The notes under the pieces: model-generated
What the model saw: the letters and a program-made list of their open reading frames with translations, nothing else
What the model was told of the DNA's origin: nothing
Database searches by the model: none
Shown: in pieces, positions 46,948-58,373 of the stretch
Layout of the letters: each line of letters opens with the position of its first letter
How positions within the stretch are numbered: the stretch's first letter is position 1
Made by a program: the position numbers and the translations under genes
From: Planctomycetota bacterium
Lineage (GTDB): Bacteria > Planctomycetota > PLA2 > JAEUHO01
Assembly (NCBI GenBank): GCA_965222115.1
Contig: CBDCTJ010000001.1
Location: forward strand, 591,638 to 655,637
Reading direction: 5' to 3'
DNA: 64,000 nt

Positions 46948-48831
46948 CTAGTTACGGCGTAGGAAAAACACGACCAACCCACAGAGGGCCAGTAACAACG
47001 GAATGCCAAAGAGACTTGCGTACTTAATGGTCTTTTGCGTACTCACTTCAGTCTTGTCGAGCTTTCGCAACTTGGGTTGACGGGTGCGAAGTTCCATGAG
47101 GTCGTCGCCACCGGCCATCCACAACATGGTGCTCACGATGGCCTCAACGCCGCCCTCGCCATTGATCTGCGCCAGACCCGATCGCGCGTCGCTCGTAAAT
47201 TGATCCTGGGCAAACTCGGCATCGGACATGACAAGGAGTTGAACGCGCCCTTCATTGACCTGTGGTGGCCCGTCAAACATCTGCTGCGGGGCGCTTTCCT
47301 CTTCACTCGGCTTCTCGCCTTCGTCCGGCTTGGCGTCTTCATCGGGCTTGGCTGCATCTTCGCCCGAGGAATTGTCGCCCTTGTTGTCGGGGTCGTCGCC
47401 ATCGCTATCGCCATCGCCCTTGTTGCCCCCCTCGCCTTCGCCGCCCTCATCGTCGCCACCAGGGAAGGCGGGAATACCTTCTTTGTCGTCCTCGCCGGAC
47501 TCGGCACCGTCGTCCTTCGGCTCTTCCTTCTTGAACTTGCCCTTCCAGAACGACGTTGCGGGTCCATCGATGTACACCGCGAGGGGAATGGCCTCACGAC
47601 TTGCCCCCTCAAAGTCCAGCGACGGCGCGAGTAGTCCTGTAATGCTCTTTCGACGCACACCCTCGGATGACGTGGAGAGCCACACCGTCGCATGACGACC
47701 GGCCTTCTGCTGCACATCCTCATCCAAGGCAATGGCCGAAGGCCAAAATACAGGAAAGCCCTTCAAGCCCTGGAGCGCTGTTGCTTCGGGGCTAATGCCG
47801 GATTCCAAGATGCGCAACCAAAACGGATGCTCACGAAGTTCAATGCCCATGCGTTGCCGAAGGGGTAGACGGCACACCGCGCCGTTGGCCGTGTCGGCAA
47901 CAACGCCGCGCTCCACCGTAACGCCCAAGTGTTCGAGCCACGACTCAAAGCCACTCTCTCGTATGGTTCCTTGTGAGCGACCCAACACGGCTTGCGCGTG
48001 AACGGGGTCGAGCAGCAAGATGACCCGGCCACCGTTCAAGAGGAACTGTTCGACGTGATACACCTCTTGATCGCTCAGGTTGTCGGGAGCGAGTACAAGC
48101 AACACATCAACGGCCTGCGGCACCGGTCGCTTCAAGTCGATGTTGTCTCTTACGTGGGAAGATGGCGCGAATCGATTGCTGGTGCCGCCGCTTGGATCCG
48201 CGATTTGCGACAAGTAGCGCGTAATGCGGCCATACCCAAGCTGTGTCGCGGTGGCCCGCTCCTGCATGGCGCCTCGACGGATGTAAACGCCAAATACGGG
48301 TGAGTCTTCGCGCGTGCGCCGAACAATCTCGGCCATGAGATCGTACTCCAGCGTATCCACTTGCAGGGCCACGCCATCGATCACCATGGGACGATCGGCG
48401 CCGGTCTCCAGCACGAGACTCATGTACCCCTTGGTCGTACGAATCTCGTTGCCTTCCGGGGCCTGCATGATGTGCTGATTCACGCCGAGCTTGCGCGCTT
48501 CTTCTTCGGCCGAGTCATCCTCCATATCGACCCACTGCACCGTGAGGTTGTCCGTCTCATTTTCAAGCTCGTCGAGCAACGCAACGATGCGCTCCTTGGG
48601 CGCGTCGTAGTAGGACGGTACGTCCTTCCAAAACATCTTGATGGAAAGAGGATCCTGAAGCTTGCCCAGCACCTTGGACGTGGCCTGACTCAACGTGAAC
48701 TGTTTTTCTTCGGTCAAGTCAATGCGCGTATTGACACGCGCGAAGACGACGTTGGCCAACACCAATACGCCCAGGAGCAACAGGCAGCTCAGAAGCGAAA
48801 GCGAGCGGATGCGGTAGTTTCGATTCCCCAT
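46948..48831 (-). CDS. GldG-family ABC auxiliary component
   Basis: RIDLTEEKQFTLSQAT, QFLLNGG, C-terminal TM. Confidence 0.85.
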   Translation of the reverse strand: MGNRNYRIRSLSLLSCLLLLGVLVLANVVFARVNTRIDLTEEKQFTLSQATSKVLGKLQDPLSIKMFWKDVPSYYDAPKERIVALLDELENETDNLTVQWVDMEDDSAEEEARKLGVNQHIMQAPEGNEIRTTKGYMSLVLETGADRPMVIDGVALQVDTLEYDLMAEIVRRTREDSPVFGVYIRRGAMQERATATQLGYGRITRYLSQIADPSGGTSNRFAPSSHVRDNIDLKRPVPQAVDVLLVLAPDNLSDQEVYHVEQFLLNGGRVILLLDPVHAQAVLGRSQGTIRESGFESWLEHLGVTVERGVVADTANGAVCRLPLRQRMGIELREHPFWLRILESGISPEATALQGLKGFPVFWPSAIALDEDVQQKAGRHATVWLSTSSEGVRRKSITGLLAPSLDFEGASREAIPLAVYIDGPATSFWKGKFKKEEPKDDGAESGEDDKEGIPAFPGGDDEGGEGEGGNKGDGDSDGDDPDNKGDNSSGEDAAKPDEDAKPDEGEKPSEEESAPQQMFDGPPQVNEGRVQLLVMSDAEFAQDQFTSDARSGLAQINGEGGVEAIVSTMLWMAGGDDLMELRTRQPKLRKLDKTEVSTQKTIKYASLFGIPLLLALCGLVVFFLRRN

Positions 48832-48833
48832 GA

Positions 48834-49556
48834 CTAGACATACCTCCGATTCTCAACCGACTGCACATTGAGGTAGAGGAAGAAGAAAATGAAACTAATG
48901 AAGTAGAACACGTCACGAAGATCCACCACCCCGCGCCCCATCGCTTGGTAGTGCTTGGTGAGTGAGAGATTGTTGAGGGCCGATGCGAAGCTCACGTCAC
49001 TGGTTGCTGCCATGCGCTGAAGCATGATGAACAATCCGCCAATGGCCGCGGTGAGCAGAAACGCGATGGTCTGATGCTTCGTGCGCGATGAAATCCAGGT
49101 TCCAATCGCAAGATACGCACCATTAAACAGGAACAGACCCAAGTAGGCACCGAGCACGGGGCCCCAGTCGAGATCCCCCAAAACGTCAACGGTAATAGGA
49201 ATCGGAAGTGTAAGGAGGATCGCGATCAATATGACGGTCCACCCGGCAAAGAACTTCCCCAACACCATGGACGTGCTCGAAATCGAAGACGTCATGAGGG
49301 ATTCCATCGTTCCCGAGCGGATTTCCTCGCTCCACAGTCGCATGGACAACGCGGGCACCAAGATAACGATGATGGGCGAGGTCTCGAGCCCGCTAAAGAG
49401 CTGGCGCATGCTGGCTTCGTCATAGAGAAAGAATTGGTTCTGAAAGTAGAACACGTACGCAATAGCGGCCACAAAGAGCGCCATCACAATCCACGCGATG
49501 GGTCCCACGAAGTAGGACTTAAGCTCTTTGCGGTAAACGGTGAGTACGTCATTCAT
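48834..49556 (-). CDS. ABC-2 permease (GldF-like)
   Basis: KELKSYF, MRLWSEEIRSGTME, GKF, RGVVDLRD. Confidence 0.92.
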   Translation of the reverse strand: MNDVLTVYRKELKSYFVGPIAWIVMALFVAAIAYVFYFQNQFFLYDEASMRQLFSGLETSPIIVILVPALSMRLWSEEIRSGTMESLMTSSISSTSMVLGKFFAGWTVILIAILLTLPIPITVDVLGDLDWGPVLGAYLGLFLFNGAYLAIGTWISSRTKHQTIAFLLTAAIGGLFIMLQRMAATSDVSFASALNNLSLTKHYQAMGRGVVDLRDVFYFISFIFFFLYLNVQSVENRRYV

Positions 49557-50605
49557 GACGAGACACCTCCTTCCGCACCCGAGTCTTGGTTAGAAACGTC
49601 TTCCTTAGATACATCGTCGGCAACCAAGTTCGGTTCGCTCGGGAGGTCGGCCCCGGGCGCAACGGTGCCACTCGTGAGCCCTGCGAAGACCGTGCCCAGC
49701 GATGCGCGATCGGCGCGCAGTTCCGAAAGGGGAAGCCCCGCAGCGTGCATGGCGGCCGCTGCAGCCTCCAATGCGTCGCTGGGAATGTCGCCGCCAAGCT
49801 CGAGACGGACGTGAACCCGCTCGGCATCACCTTCCACCGGCGAAACACGTACGGACTTGACCTTTGAAATGCTCTTGATGGCGTTGCGTGCCTGCGATTC
49901 ATCGGCACGCACAATCATCGCGATGCCACTTCCCATTTGGGCCGACTCGCGGATCTCGTCGATCGTGCCATCGGCTGCAAGCGTGCCGTTGCTGATAATG
50001 AGCGCGCGATCGCAAACCGCTTCAACTTCCGAAAGAATGTGTGTGGACAACACAACCGTTCGGGTTTCACCCAAACGACGCATCAACGCGCGCATGTCTT
50101 CCTGTTGGTTGGGATCAAGGCCCGAGGTGGGTTCATCCAAAATGAGCATGGGCGGGCGATGGAGCAAGGCTTGCGCGAGGCCTACACGCTGTCGATACCC
50201 GCGCGACAATGACGAGATCAAACTACGTTCGCGACCTTCTAGCCCCACAGCGCCAATGGCGTCTTGAATTGACTTCCAGCGTTCAGTGCCGCGCAGGCCG
50301 TGCAAGGATGCTGCGAAGTTGAGCGACTCGTTGACCCGAAGATCGAGGTATAGCGGATTGCCTTCAGGAAGATAGCCGATTTGGCGTTGGGCGGCGCGCG
50401 GATCATCGAGCACGTCTACGTCGCCAACCCGCGCGGTGCCGCTGGAGGGTGCGAGGAATCCCGTCACAATGCGCATGGTGGTTGACTTCCCCGCGCCATT
50501 GGGTCCCAACAGTCCCACGACTTGGCCTTGCGGAATCTTGAACGACACACCGCGAAGCGCTTTGGTCACTCCGTAATTCTTGCGGAGATCTTCGACTTCG
50601 ATCAT
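49553..50605 (-). CDS. ABC transporter ATP-binding protein (GldA-like)
   Basis: GPNGAGKST, LSRGYRQR, LILDEPT. Confidence 0.95.
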   Translation of the reverse strand: MIEVEDLRKNYGVTKALRGVSFKIPQGQVVGLLGPNGAGKSTTMRIVTGFLAPSSGTARVGDVDVLDDPRAAQRQIGYLPEGNPLYLDLRVNESLNFAASLHGLRGTERWKSIQDAIGAVGLEGRERSLISSLSRGYRQRVGLAQALLHRPPMLILDEPTSGLDPNQQEDMRALMRRLGETRTVVLSTHILSEVEAVCDRALIISNGTLAADGTIDEIRESAQMGSGIAMIVRADESQARNAIKSISKVKSVRVSPVEGDAERVHVRLELGGDIPSDALEAAAAAMHAAGLPLSELRADRASLGTVFAGLTSGTVAPGADLPSEPNLVADDVSKEDVSNQDSGAEGGVSS

Positions 50606-50955
50606 CGCGTGAAACTCCCTTGGCGGATGGCGCAGACACGACGCGGGCCGCTACCTCGTAGGCTCGCGCCACACCACGGAAACGCCGAGCCGAGCCGAAG
50701 CCTATAGCTGCCCATTCTTCTAGCCAATCCTGGATTCTTGTCCAACCCAGGGGCCCCGATTCGGGAATTCTGTGTCAGTCCAGTGCTAACGAATCTCAAC
50801 ACCCGTGCTGCCGAATCTTCGAAAGGGGGACGGTACCAGCCCGTACGAACGTCGGGACCGTCTGTTGGACCCGACGCCGTGGAATCATGAGGAGTGAATT
50901 CGAGGCGATCCGGCTCTGCTCGGACCTCGCCCCGAGCTGCTACGACTCAGAGCTG

Positions 50956-52179
50956 CTACGAAGTCGGGCCGTCGTCGGCAAACGTGGCCGGCTCGTCGGC
51001 GGCATAGGTAGCGTCGTAATCGTCTTCGTAGGCAGCCGCGTCGCGCTCCGCCAATGCGTCCTCAACGGTGGCATTGCGGCGGTCCAAGCGACATGCAGTC
51101 ACCGGGTCAAGCCGGTCATCGACGTTGCCAACGGAGTACATCTCAATGATGCCCTCATCGACGGCCTGATTGATGAGATTGCGCTTCTGACGCGGGTCAT
51201 CGATGCCGCAGTTATGCGGCCCCAACACCTTATTGACGAGATAGCGCACGCCCACGAAGGGAAGGCGCTCTTCCAACTCGTCTATCAGCCGAACAAACGG
51301 GCCCCAGAGATAATTGCCGAACTCGGGATCGGGCGCGCCATCGAAGAATGCTTCCGCCGCGGAGCCCGACCGCCGAGAGCGTTCGTAGCGATCGCGCCCA
51401 CGGTAGTCATTGTCGTATCCGTTGTCGTCGGCGTGGCGCCCGCCCGAATAGCGACTCGAGTACCCGCCACTTCGGCCACCCTGACTGAGTTGACCGTCAC
51501 CCGCTCGGTGACCTGGTGACGCGAAGCGCACACCGCGGTCGGCGCTCGGTGCAGGGGTGATGCCCGCAGTTTGATCCAACTGAATGCGGGTTGCTGCGCG
51601 GGCCGGTCGTAAGACCACGGGATCCAAGGATGTGCCATCGAGAATCTGTCTGAGGCTAAAGGCTTGATCGGATTCGCTAACCAGTTCGGCAAAGGGCCCG
51701 TCGGCTGCGTCCACGCCCTCAATGTTCTCCAAGTCGGGGTTCTCCAAGTCGGGCGCAACCAGGATGACTTCACAGCCTTCCGCGCGGAGGATCTGCATGA
51801 GCGGTACGAGCGCGGGTTCACCCGAAACCACGACGAACGCATCGGGCTCATCCCCCTCAAAGAGGGCGCGCATGGCGTCGATGGTCAATCGAATGTGGCT
51901 GCGGTCTTCCCCCTCGGCCGTGGCGGGCACAAGGACGGGCGCAATACCGGTGCCAACCAACTCTTTTGACGCTTCGGCATCAAGCGACCAGTCGGCATAG
52001 GCCTGGGCAATGCCAATGCGACCCGCACCCGAAGCAAAGCTGCGCAACATGCGAGACGTATCGCGAATCGTGGGGGCCTCGCTCTCTCCTTCTGACGATT
52101 CGCTCGACGACAACCGAAGCCCTTGACGGAATCCGGCGAAATCTACAAAGAGCCCAACCAAAGCACGCGCATCTGACAT
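50956..52179 (-). CDS. NYN/LabA-like domain protein
   Basis: LFVDF, AYADW, LTIDAM, VVSGE (degenerate acidic motifs). Confidence 0.7.
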   Translation of the reverse strand: MSDARALVGLFVDFAGFRQGLRLSSSESSEGESEAPTIRDTSRMLRSFASGAGRIGIAQAYADWSLDAEASKELVGTGIAPVLVPATAEGEDRSHIRLTIDAMRALFEGDEPDAFVVVSGEPALVPLMQILRAEGCEVILVAPDLENPDLENIEGVDAADGPFAELVSESDQAFSLRQILDGTSLDPVVLRPARAATRIQLDQTAGITPAPSADRGVRFASPGHRAGDGQLSQGGRSGGYSSRYSGGRHADDNGYDNDYRGRDRYERSRRSGSAAEAFFDGAPDPEFGNYLWGPFVRLIDELEERLPFVGVRYLVNKVLGPHNCGIDDPRQKRNLINQAVDEGIIEMYSVGNVDDRLDPVTACRLDRRNATVEDALAERDAAAYEDDYDATYAADEPATFADDGPTS

Positions 52180-52585
52180 AAAAAAAGCTCCCAATGGTCT
52201 GAATAGAGGCCCCGATTTGATTCAAAACTACAGACAATCAACGCATCAAAGCAATACCTGCCAACGTCAACAATACGACGTTTGACTTGTCCACACGATC
52301 CACGGCAACCGAATCGTATGCAAGTCTAGCGTCGTATTCCGAAGAAACGCGGTCAATTAGACGCGTCGCTGCCTTTCCGCAAACCAGCCCTCGAAAAAAT
52401 ACCTGTGAAACACTGACTGTAGGACCGCGAGCGTACCTATGCATGGGGACACCGCAAGGATCGCTAGGGTGCAGAACTCGCAAGGTCGCCCAGAACGACG
52501 CTTCGGCGCACGCTGGCGTGACGACGTGGGCCAAAGGTCATTGAACAAGCCCATGAACAACAACCCCGTCCCGTAAAGTCTTGAC

Positions 52586-53344
52586 ATGGCAGATCGTTCC
52601 CCTTCTGACTCGCTGAGCGAGATTCACGCGCTCGTGACCGGAGGTACGCGTCGAATCGGTCGCGCTATTTCACTCCACTTGGCCCAACACGGTGCCCAAG
52701 TGACCGTGCATACCGCCAGTGGATCAAGCCGGATGCCGAATCTTGAGCGGGAGGCCAAGCAACGCGGCGCAACACGGCCCTTAAGGAGCACTTGCGCCGA
52801 CTTACGCTCATCATCCGAACTCGACGCTCTCGTCACTACGCTTCGAGGCAGCGCACCGCCCATAAATGTACTCATCAACAACGCCGCCGGATTCGAAGCC
52901 ACGCCATGGGGCGCATGGAGCGATGATGCATTTGATCAACACATGCAACTCAATGCCCGTGCGGTCTATCGCCTCTGTGGACTGCTCGGCGCCGACATGA
53001 AACACCGAGGCCACGGCGCAATCGTCAACATCTCATGCACCTCTGCGGCACGACCTATGAAAACGTACTTGCCCTACTCCGCAAGCAAGGCCGCAGTGAG
53101 CAATCTCACCAAATCTTTCGCGCGCGCGCTCGCCCCCGAAGTGCGCGTCAACGCCATTGCCCCCGGCCCCATTCTCCCACCCGCCGGTGCCGACGCATCA
53201 CAGGGAGACGCCGCTGCCGACAGCACGTTGCTCGGTCGCTATGGTGATCCTAAAGACATCGCGCATGCGGTTCACTTTTTGTTGGTGCAGTCTTACGTTA
53301 CGGGTGTTGTTCTGGCGGTGGATGGGGGGCGGACGGTTGCGTAG
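52586..53344 (+). CDS. SDR oxidoreductase (pteridine reductase/FolM-like)
   Basis: TGGTRRIG, NNA, YSASK, VNAIAPG, VDGG. Confidence 0.9.
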   Translation: MADRSPSDSLSEIHALVTGGTRRIGRAISLHLAQHGAQVTVHTASGSSRMPNLEREAKQRGATRPLRSTCADLRSSSELDALVTTLRGSAPPINVLINNAAGFEATPWGAWSDDAFDQHMQLNARAVYRLCGLLGADMKHRGHGAIVNISCTSAARPMKTYLPYSASKAAVSNLTKSFARALAPEVRVNAIAPGPILPPAGADASQGDAAADSTLLGRYGDPKDIAHAVHFLLVQSYVTGVVLAVDGGRTVA

Positions 53345-53381
53345 CTGGCTGCGTGACGTTAATGGGATTGACGCCCCAGAA

Positions 53382-55220
53382 TCAGGCGGTATCAACTTCA
53401 CGACGCAAAACATCGGAACTCCAGATGCGTTCTGCGAGTTGTCGATAGAGCTCCTGCCTCGCGTCGAGATCCGACTTCTTGAATTCTGAATGGGGGCGAA
53501 AGGGCAGACCAGAATCTCTTAGAAACTTGAGGAAGCCGGGGTTGTGCTTGTACGTGTTCTCGTGGAGGCTCTGGGCCAAGAGATTTTGACCGTGATAGTG
53601 CGACACCTTTGTTGAATAGGGTTTATCGCCGTAGCTCGCATTAAATGGCTTCGGTAGCAACAACAGACCGCCTATTCGATTGCGGTATTCACTAAAGTCG
53701 GCAGGGTGAGCAAATTCATCGCTGTGCCGCTCCGGGTGATTCGCCCAGATGTGTTCCACTTCGTATCCATTCTTGCCGCGCTGCTGAATGTACTCGGCGT
53801 AGCGCGAGGCCTGCCCCGACTGCGTTTCGACGTAGTCGGTCATCCGAGCGAGTAACCGGTGGATCAGGCGCCCATTCATGCCGTGGAGTCGAAATCGATC
53901 GTTCTTCGCGAAGGTTTCTTCCTCGGCTTCGAGACGTTCGATCAAGATGCTCGCAAGTTCTGCGGCTGACTTGCCTCGAATCTTCAGAATGACCAACTGA
54001 AAGATATTGTACTGCATCGCTGAATAGCTCGTCGCTTTCCAGTTCCATACTCGTCTGGCAATCAAAACATCGATATAGGCGGCGACGATGCGGAACTTAC
54101 GAAGAACGTCTTCTTCACTGTCACTACGTCGTAATGGGGCGAGCAACGCCGGATACTGAAGCGTAAAGTTGCTTTGGGCGTTGTAATGGATGGCCTCAAG
54201 TCCAGGGGTGCGCGTGTTGGCCGCCATTCGAATCCGTTCGTACCAGCGCCCATAAAACGCGAAGTCGTCTTGAATGAAATCGCCGAAAGCCTGACTCGAC
54301 GTCAACGATAGCGACTCCTCGTGGTCGCGAACCCAACGATGAAACTCCGTTCCAATCAGATCAAAGTCCCTAGGCTTCGCCCCGCGCTTGCGTTCGCGAA
54401 TCGTCTGTGCGTGTTGACTCCGCAACCACGCCTTGATGGCGTCCGCCTCTTCTTCCTTCCCGAGCTGCCGCAGCGCAGCAACGCGCTCTCGCCAGACGAG
54501 ACTGGCCTCGGTACGTCGCGTCGAATCACTGATATTAGCGAGAAGATAGCCCTTAAGCATGTCCGTGGGCGTTAGAGAGAGGCCACGGTCGTTCATGGTC
54601 TCAAATATCGTGTACGCGTCTGCGTCTGAATACGCCGTAATTTCTACGAAATGGACATTCTCAATTAGCCAATCAGAAAAGTACGGCAGCGCATCGCCGC
54701 TTAGCTCCTCGGGAAAGCCCTCTTCAATGTCTTGAAAACGAGCGAGAATGTTATGCACCGATTCCGACTGATCCGTGTCATCGAAGGCGGCGTCCGTAAA
54801 GAGAGCCTCCATACACTGCGATCGTTCAGGCACATCGAGGTTGAAGGAGCGCCGCCCAACCTTGTACGAGAAAATCAGGTTCGCAAGCTCCTTCTTTTGA
54901 TCATCGTCACTAAGCTGGCGATAAAGATAAATCAGGAGCAATGTAATCGTCGTTAGTCGCTGCTGTCCGTCGATGATGAATTTGTGACCATCCTTGTCAC
55001 TGATAATAATCGAGCCAAGAAAGTAATGGCCGTAACGTTCAACCGCACTGCGTTCGTTGCCCGATTCGTGACTATCGAGAAACTTTTCACTTAGATCATC
55101 GAGGAGTTCATCGACCTGCTTCGTCTCCCAACGGTACTCGCGTTGATAGTAGTCAATTGCGAACTTTGCATTCCCAAGTAGGCTGCGAATGTTCCGGGCG
55201 TTCCCACGAATCTCTCTCAA
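53382..55220 (-). CDS. GmrSD-type (DUF262 plus DUF1524 HNH) type IV restriction endonuclease
   Basis: YQREYRW, IDGQQRLTT, IFETMNDRG, VEHIW..N..L.L...N; TTG start with AGGAG RBS. Confidence 0.88.
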   Translation of the reverse strand: MREIRGNARNIRSLLGNAKFAIDYYQREYRWETKQVDELLDDLSEKFLDSHESGNERSAVERYGHYFLGSIIISDKDGHKFIIDGQQRLTTITLLLIYLYRQLSDDDQKKELANLIFSYKVGRRSFNLDVPERSQCMEALFTDAAFDDTDQSESVHNILARFQDIEEGFPEELSGDALPYFSDWLIENVHFVEITAYSDADAYTIFETMNDRGLSLTPTDMLKGYLLANISDSTRRTEASLVWRERVAALRQLGKEEEADAIKAWLRSQHAQTIRERKRGAKPRDFDLIGTEFHRWVRDHEESLSLTSSQAFGDFIQDDFAFYGRWYERIRMAANTRTPGLEAIHYNAQSNFTLQYPALLAPLRRSDSEEDVLRKFRIVAAYIDVLIARRVWNWKATSYSAMQYNIFQLVILKIRGKSAAELASILIERLEAEEETFAKNDRFRLHGMNGRLIHRLLARMTDYVETQSGQASRYAEYIQQRGKNGYEVEHIWANHPERHSDEFAHPADFSEYRNRIGGLLLLPKPFNASYGDKPYSTKVSHYHGQNLLAQSLHENTYKHNPGFLKFLRDSGLPFRPHSEFKKSDLDARQELYRQLAERIWSSDVLRREVDTA

Positions 55221-55645
55221 TTTACTAACTCCTGGTCACAGACGATCCAAAGGGTACCGTTCTGTGGCTCGCCTCACTACTTTCACGACCGAAATCCCAC
55301 TCGCGGGGACGCTATGTGCGGGAAAATCCATACCCTTCGCAAGTAGACACGAAATTGGTACAGGTGTCGTGATCGGAGCAGCGGGAGATGTGCAAGACGA
55401 TGATCTCTGTTTCCCACTTCCGATTCACGTGCCCTTTAGTTTGGCCCTTCGACGCGCTTTGCGTGGATCGTAGATCCACGCACGCTTGCTCAGGATCTAC
55501 GATCTTGTCGGGTCTTCGACCCTCCAGATCTCCGACACGCACCCCGAGACGTTTACGACTCTGGTTTTCGGGCTGTCTGAGTCTCTAATCGTCAAAGGTG
55601 CACTCTTGGAGCGCAAAGAGTACAACGAAAGTCCGCGCGCCTCCG

Positions 55646-55748
55646 CCGCCCATTCAGGGCGGTTTCGAATGGAGGAATCGATACCCAGGGCTGCGCATCG
55701 CTTCGCGCTGCTGACCCTAGGCTATTGTCCCGTGGCCCCTAAGGGGCC
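55646..55748. repeat. REP-like multi-hairpin element (related copy at 58282-58373)
   Basis: Hairpin - ACCCAGGG..CGCTTCGC..GCTA - GGCCCCTAAGGGGCC layout. Confidence 0.6.
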
Positions 55749-55922
55749 GTTGAGAATTCCAAATTGCGCCAACGGCGAGGACACTGTTTCTACTCGTGAA
55801 TTCCACCACATGTCTAACGGATAGAAACCCAATCTCCGTATTCACGGCTTGCGTTCGCCGACGCCTCTTCGTAGGAACAGCACACCTACCAACTTGGTAT
55901 GGTCGCCGTTCGGAGGATTCCG

Positions 55923-56240
55923 ATGGGACTCGCACGCAAGGGCTCACGCACCATCCATGCGGACGGTCGCGACTATCGATGGGTCGTATCGCCAGACTGC
56001 GGATACATGTGCCTTGTCATTGAGCACGATTCAGGCAACGGCCAACGTCTCAAGGCGCGCGTTTCGTACGGCGATGAGTCAGGCGCAATAAACCCGTCGT
56101 CAACCGCGCACGGACCGGTGACGCCAATGATCGTTCGTCGTGCGATCGAACTCGCTATCAGTGACGGCTGGAAACCGGAACAAGGCGGACTGCCGCCATT
56201 CCGAATAGAAGACGCCGATGAGAGACTCTGGGGCACGTAA
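55923..56240 (+). CDS. Hypothetical protein (KGSRTI..YRW type)
   Basis: GGAGG RBS at 55912-55916, ATG 55923. Confidence 0.7.
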   Translation: MGLARKGSRTIHADGRDYRWVVSPDCGYMCLVIEHDSGNGQRLKARVSYGDESGAINPSSTAHGPVTPMIVRRAIELAISDGWKPEQGGLPPFRIEDADERLWGT

Positions 56241-56588
56241 AGACGCCATACTTCGTTCTTACTCGTCAATTTGGGATCTTACGCTCGATAGAATTCGTTC
56301 CTTTCGAGTGCAGCATTCTGGAATGCACGATTTCCCAGGGCATGGACTCCTCGCTATTCGCTATCGGCTTTGGTCTCGCTAGGCCCTTCCTTCTCTTGAT
56401 CGTCTTCCTGGAACACGAATTCCACAGCTACGGCAGCGCTTGGTGCCCTTGGTGAGAACCTCGTAATCCAGGAGACGTGGTAGGTATACGGACAGAATCC
56501 ACACCACTCTCAGGTAGACACGGCACGTCAACCGATGCCGTGCACAAATCTCCTTTCAGCCCAGACCGCGCGAACGAACGACCCGACG

Positions 56589-58097
56589 TTACCGTTCGCG
56601 CATCGATGGAAGGGCCTTCTCAATCATGCCCACGATCGCCTCGGACAACTTTTGAGTCTCTACGATCGCTTCGAGCTTGTCTGCATCTGATGACGTTCCG
56701 AGCCTTGTCACGATGTTCACGAGTGTCACTTGGCTTCGCTCCGAATCTAGATCAGGCAAGAGCTGAAGGGCTCCGGCGACTGCTTCCTGCTCCGCTTGAT
56801 CGCCATCGGGATGCTCAAGTGCCATGAGCGTTTTGCCGTGAAGACTGTGAGTATCGCGAAGACTCAGCTCCTCGACATTCGCTTTGATGATGAGTGACGA
56901 ACGAGGCCTCACGTGGGCGATGGCTCGAACAACGTCATGATAGCGCTCACGGTACTTTCGCCACAGCCTGATCAGTTCCTTTTGAATAGCGATAGACGTA
57001 CGCGCGCGAGATAGCGCCTTCACTGCGGCTAGAGTGACTTCTATGCGTTCATGCCTAAGCAGTCGCAGAAACGGGACCTCGATCTTTGCGCCGACTACCT
57101 CGCCATCCGCGTGGCCGATCAGGGGCAGTGCTACGCGTCTCAATACAGCAAATTCCTCTGTAGTGGCGACACGGATTGCGCTATCGAGATCACCCCCCTT
57201 GTCTGCCCGAACGACGCGAAGAGCATTGAGGGCCGCGATACGAATGACTCCGTCATCGCTATCTAAGTACTTGCGTACGAGCGTCTCCATGGCCGCGCGG
57301 TCATACGCCACGCCTCGAGTAAGCGACAGGCGATTCAGCGCCCGTCCAATCAACTCGGGTTCGTTGCCAGACAGGATGGCGGATAGTTCGCTGATGGCCT
57401 GGCGTTGCTTCGCTGGATCGGCACTCCTGAGATTCGATTGCGCGTCAATCTTCCGAAATGGCGTAGGTGGATCGCGACGTTGTGCTTCCCAGAGCAGGGC
57501 TTGTTCATGGTCTCGAATTCGAAAGTCGAGTTCGCCATCGCGTGACATGACTAGATGGAATCCCGCATGCCCGCCAGATCGATGCCCACCTCCCCACGCA
57601 ATCGTGCCGTCATCCCAAATGGAAAAACCTGCATGCGAGCACTCGTTCTGACTACCTGGACCACTACGAATCGTGAGCCCTGCGGCGCCGCCGTGAGGTG
57701 CTTCGAGACGAACAGACGTACCTGGATTTCGCAATACAACGTAGGGCGCATCGCCGTGCATGAGGGCGAGTTGAAGGCGGGTCGCCCCCGTTCGAGCCTT
57801 GAAGCGTAGCAGAGCCTGATGGCTCTCAAGACCAAGTGCGATTCTCTCTCTACGTTGGGCATCGTGGACCAGCAACCCCGATGGACTCAGTGAAACTCGT
57901 GGAGTCCCCTTGTCATCGACAATGATCAAGCTCCTTACACGGAGATCGCCTCCCGGCTCGCTAGGCCCCAAGGCATCAAGTCGATCTTCTAGTTGTTTAA
58001 CTCGTTGTTCCAACGTAGCCGACTCATCTTTCGCATCGGCCCAACCGGAACAGGCGATGCCCACGAACACGGCCAGCACAGCAATCAGTAGCTTCAT
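56589..58097 (-). CDS. Secreted protein with beta-rich N-terminal domain and HEAT-like repeats
   Basis: Signal peptide, coiled coil, LIIVDDKGTPR beta repeats, helical repeats. Confidence 0.75.
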   Translation of the reverse strand: MKLLIAVLAVFVGIACSGWADAKDESATLEQRVKQLEDRLDALGPSEPGGDLRVRSLIIVDDKGTPRVSLSPSGLLVHDAQRRERIALGLESHQALLRFKARTGATRLQLALMHGDAPYVVLRNPGTSVRLEAPHGGAAGLTIRSGPGSQNECSHAGFSIWDDGTIAWGGGHRSGGHAGFHLVMSRDGELDFRIRDHEQALLWEAQRRDPPTPFRKIDAQSNLRSADPAKQRQAISELSAILSGNEPELIGRALNRLSLTRGVAYDRAAMETLVRKYLDSDDGVIRIAALNALRVVRADKGGDLDSAIRVATTEEFAVLRRVALPLIGHADGEVVGAKIEVPFLRLLRHERIEVTLAAVKALSRARTSIAIQKELIRLWRKYRERYHDVVRAIAHVRPRSSLIIKANVEELSLRDTHSLHGKTLMALEHPDGDQAEQEAVAGALQLLPDLDSERSQVTLVNIVTRLGTSSDADKLEAIVETQKLSEAIVGMIEKALPSMRER

Positions 58098-58281
58098 GTC
58101 GATCCCTTCATCACGAATCGCGCTTTCTAAGGATAGTGTGCCGCCTTTCTTCCCATCAAGCTGATGGCTTTACGCTCGATGATTTCGCGCTTTCTTGCGC
58201 TCTGCGGCTCTGCGCGCGGCTCTTCTTCTCATCTCGCCAAAGGATTCCAGACGATTCCGGCAGACGTAACATACTCCGGTT

Positions 58282-58373
58282 GCGCTCTTTCAGAGCGCTT
58301 CCGTTCGGGGCGTAAACTCTACCAGGGTTCGCTTCGCTCACTCTTCGCTATCAACTTTGGCTCCTTCGGAGCC
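58282..58373. repeat. REP-like multi-hairpin element
   Basis: GCGCTC-TTTCA-GAGCGC; ACCAGGGTTCGCTTCGCTC; GGCTCC-TTC-GGAGCC. Confidence 0.6.
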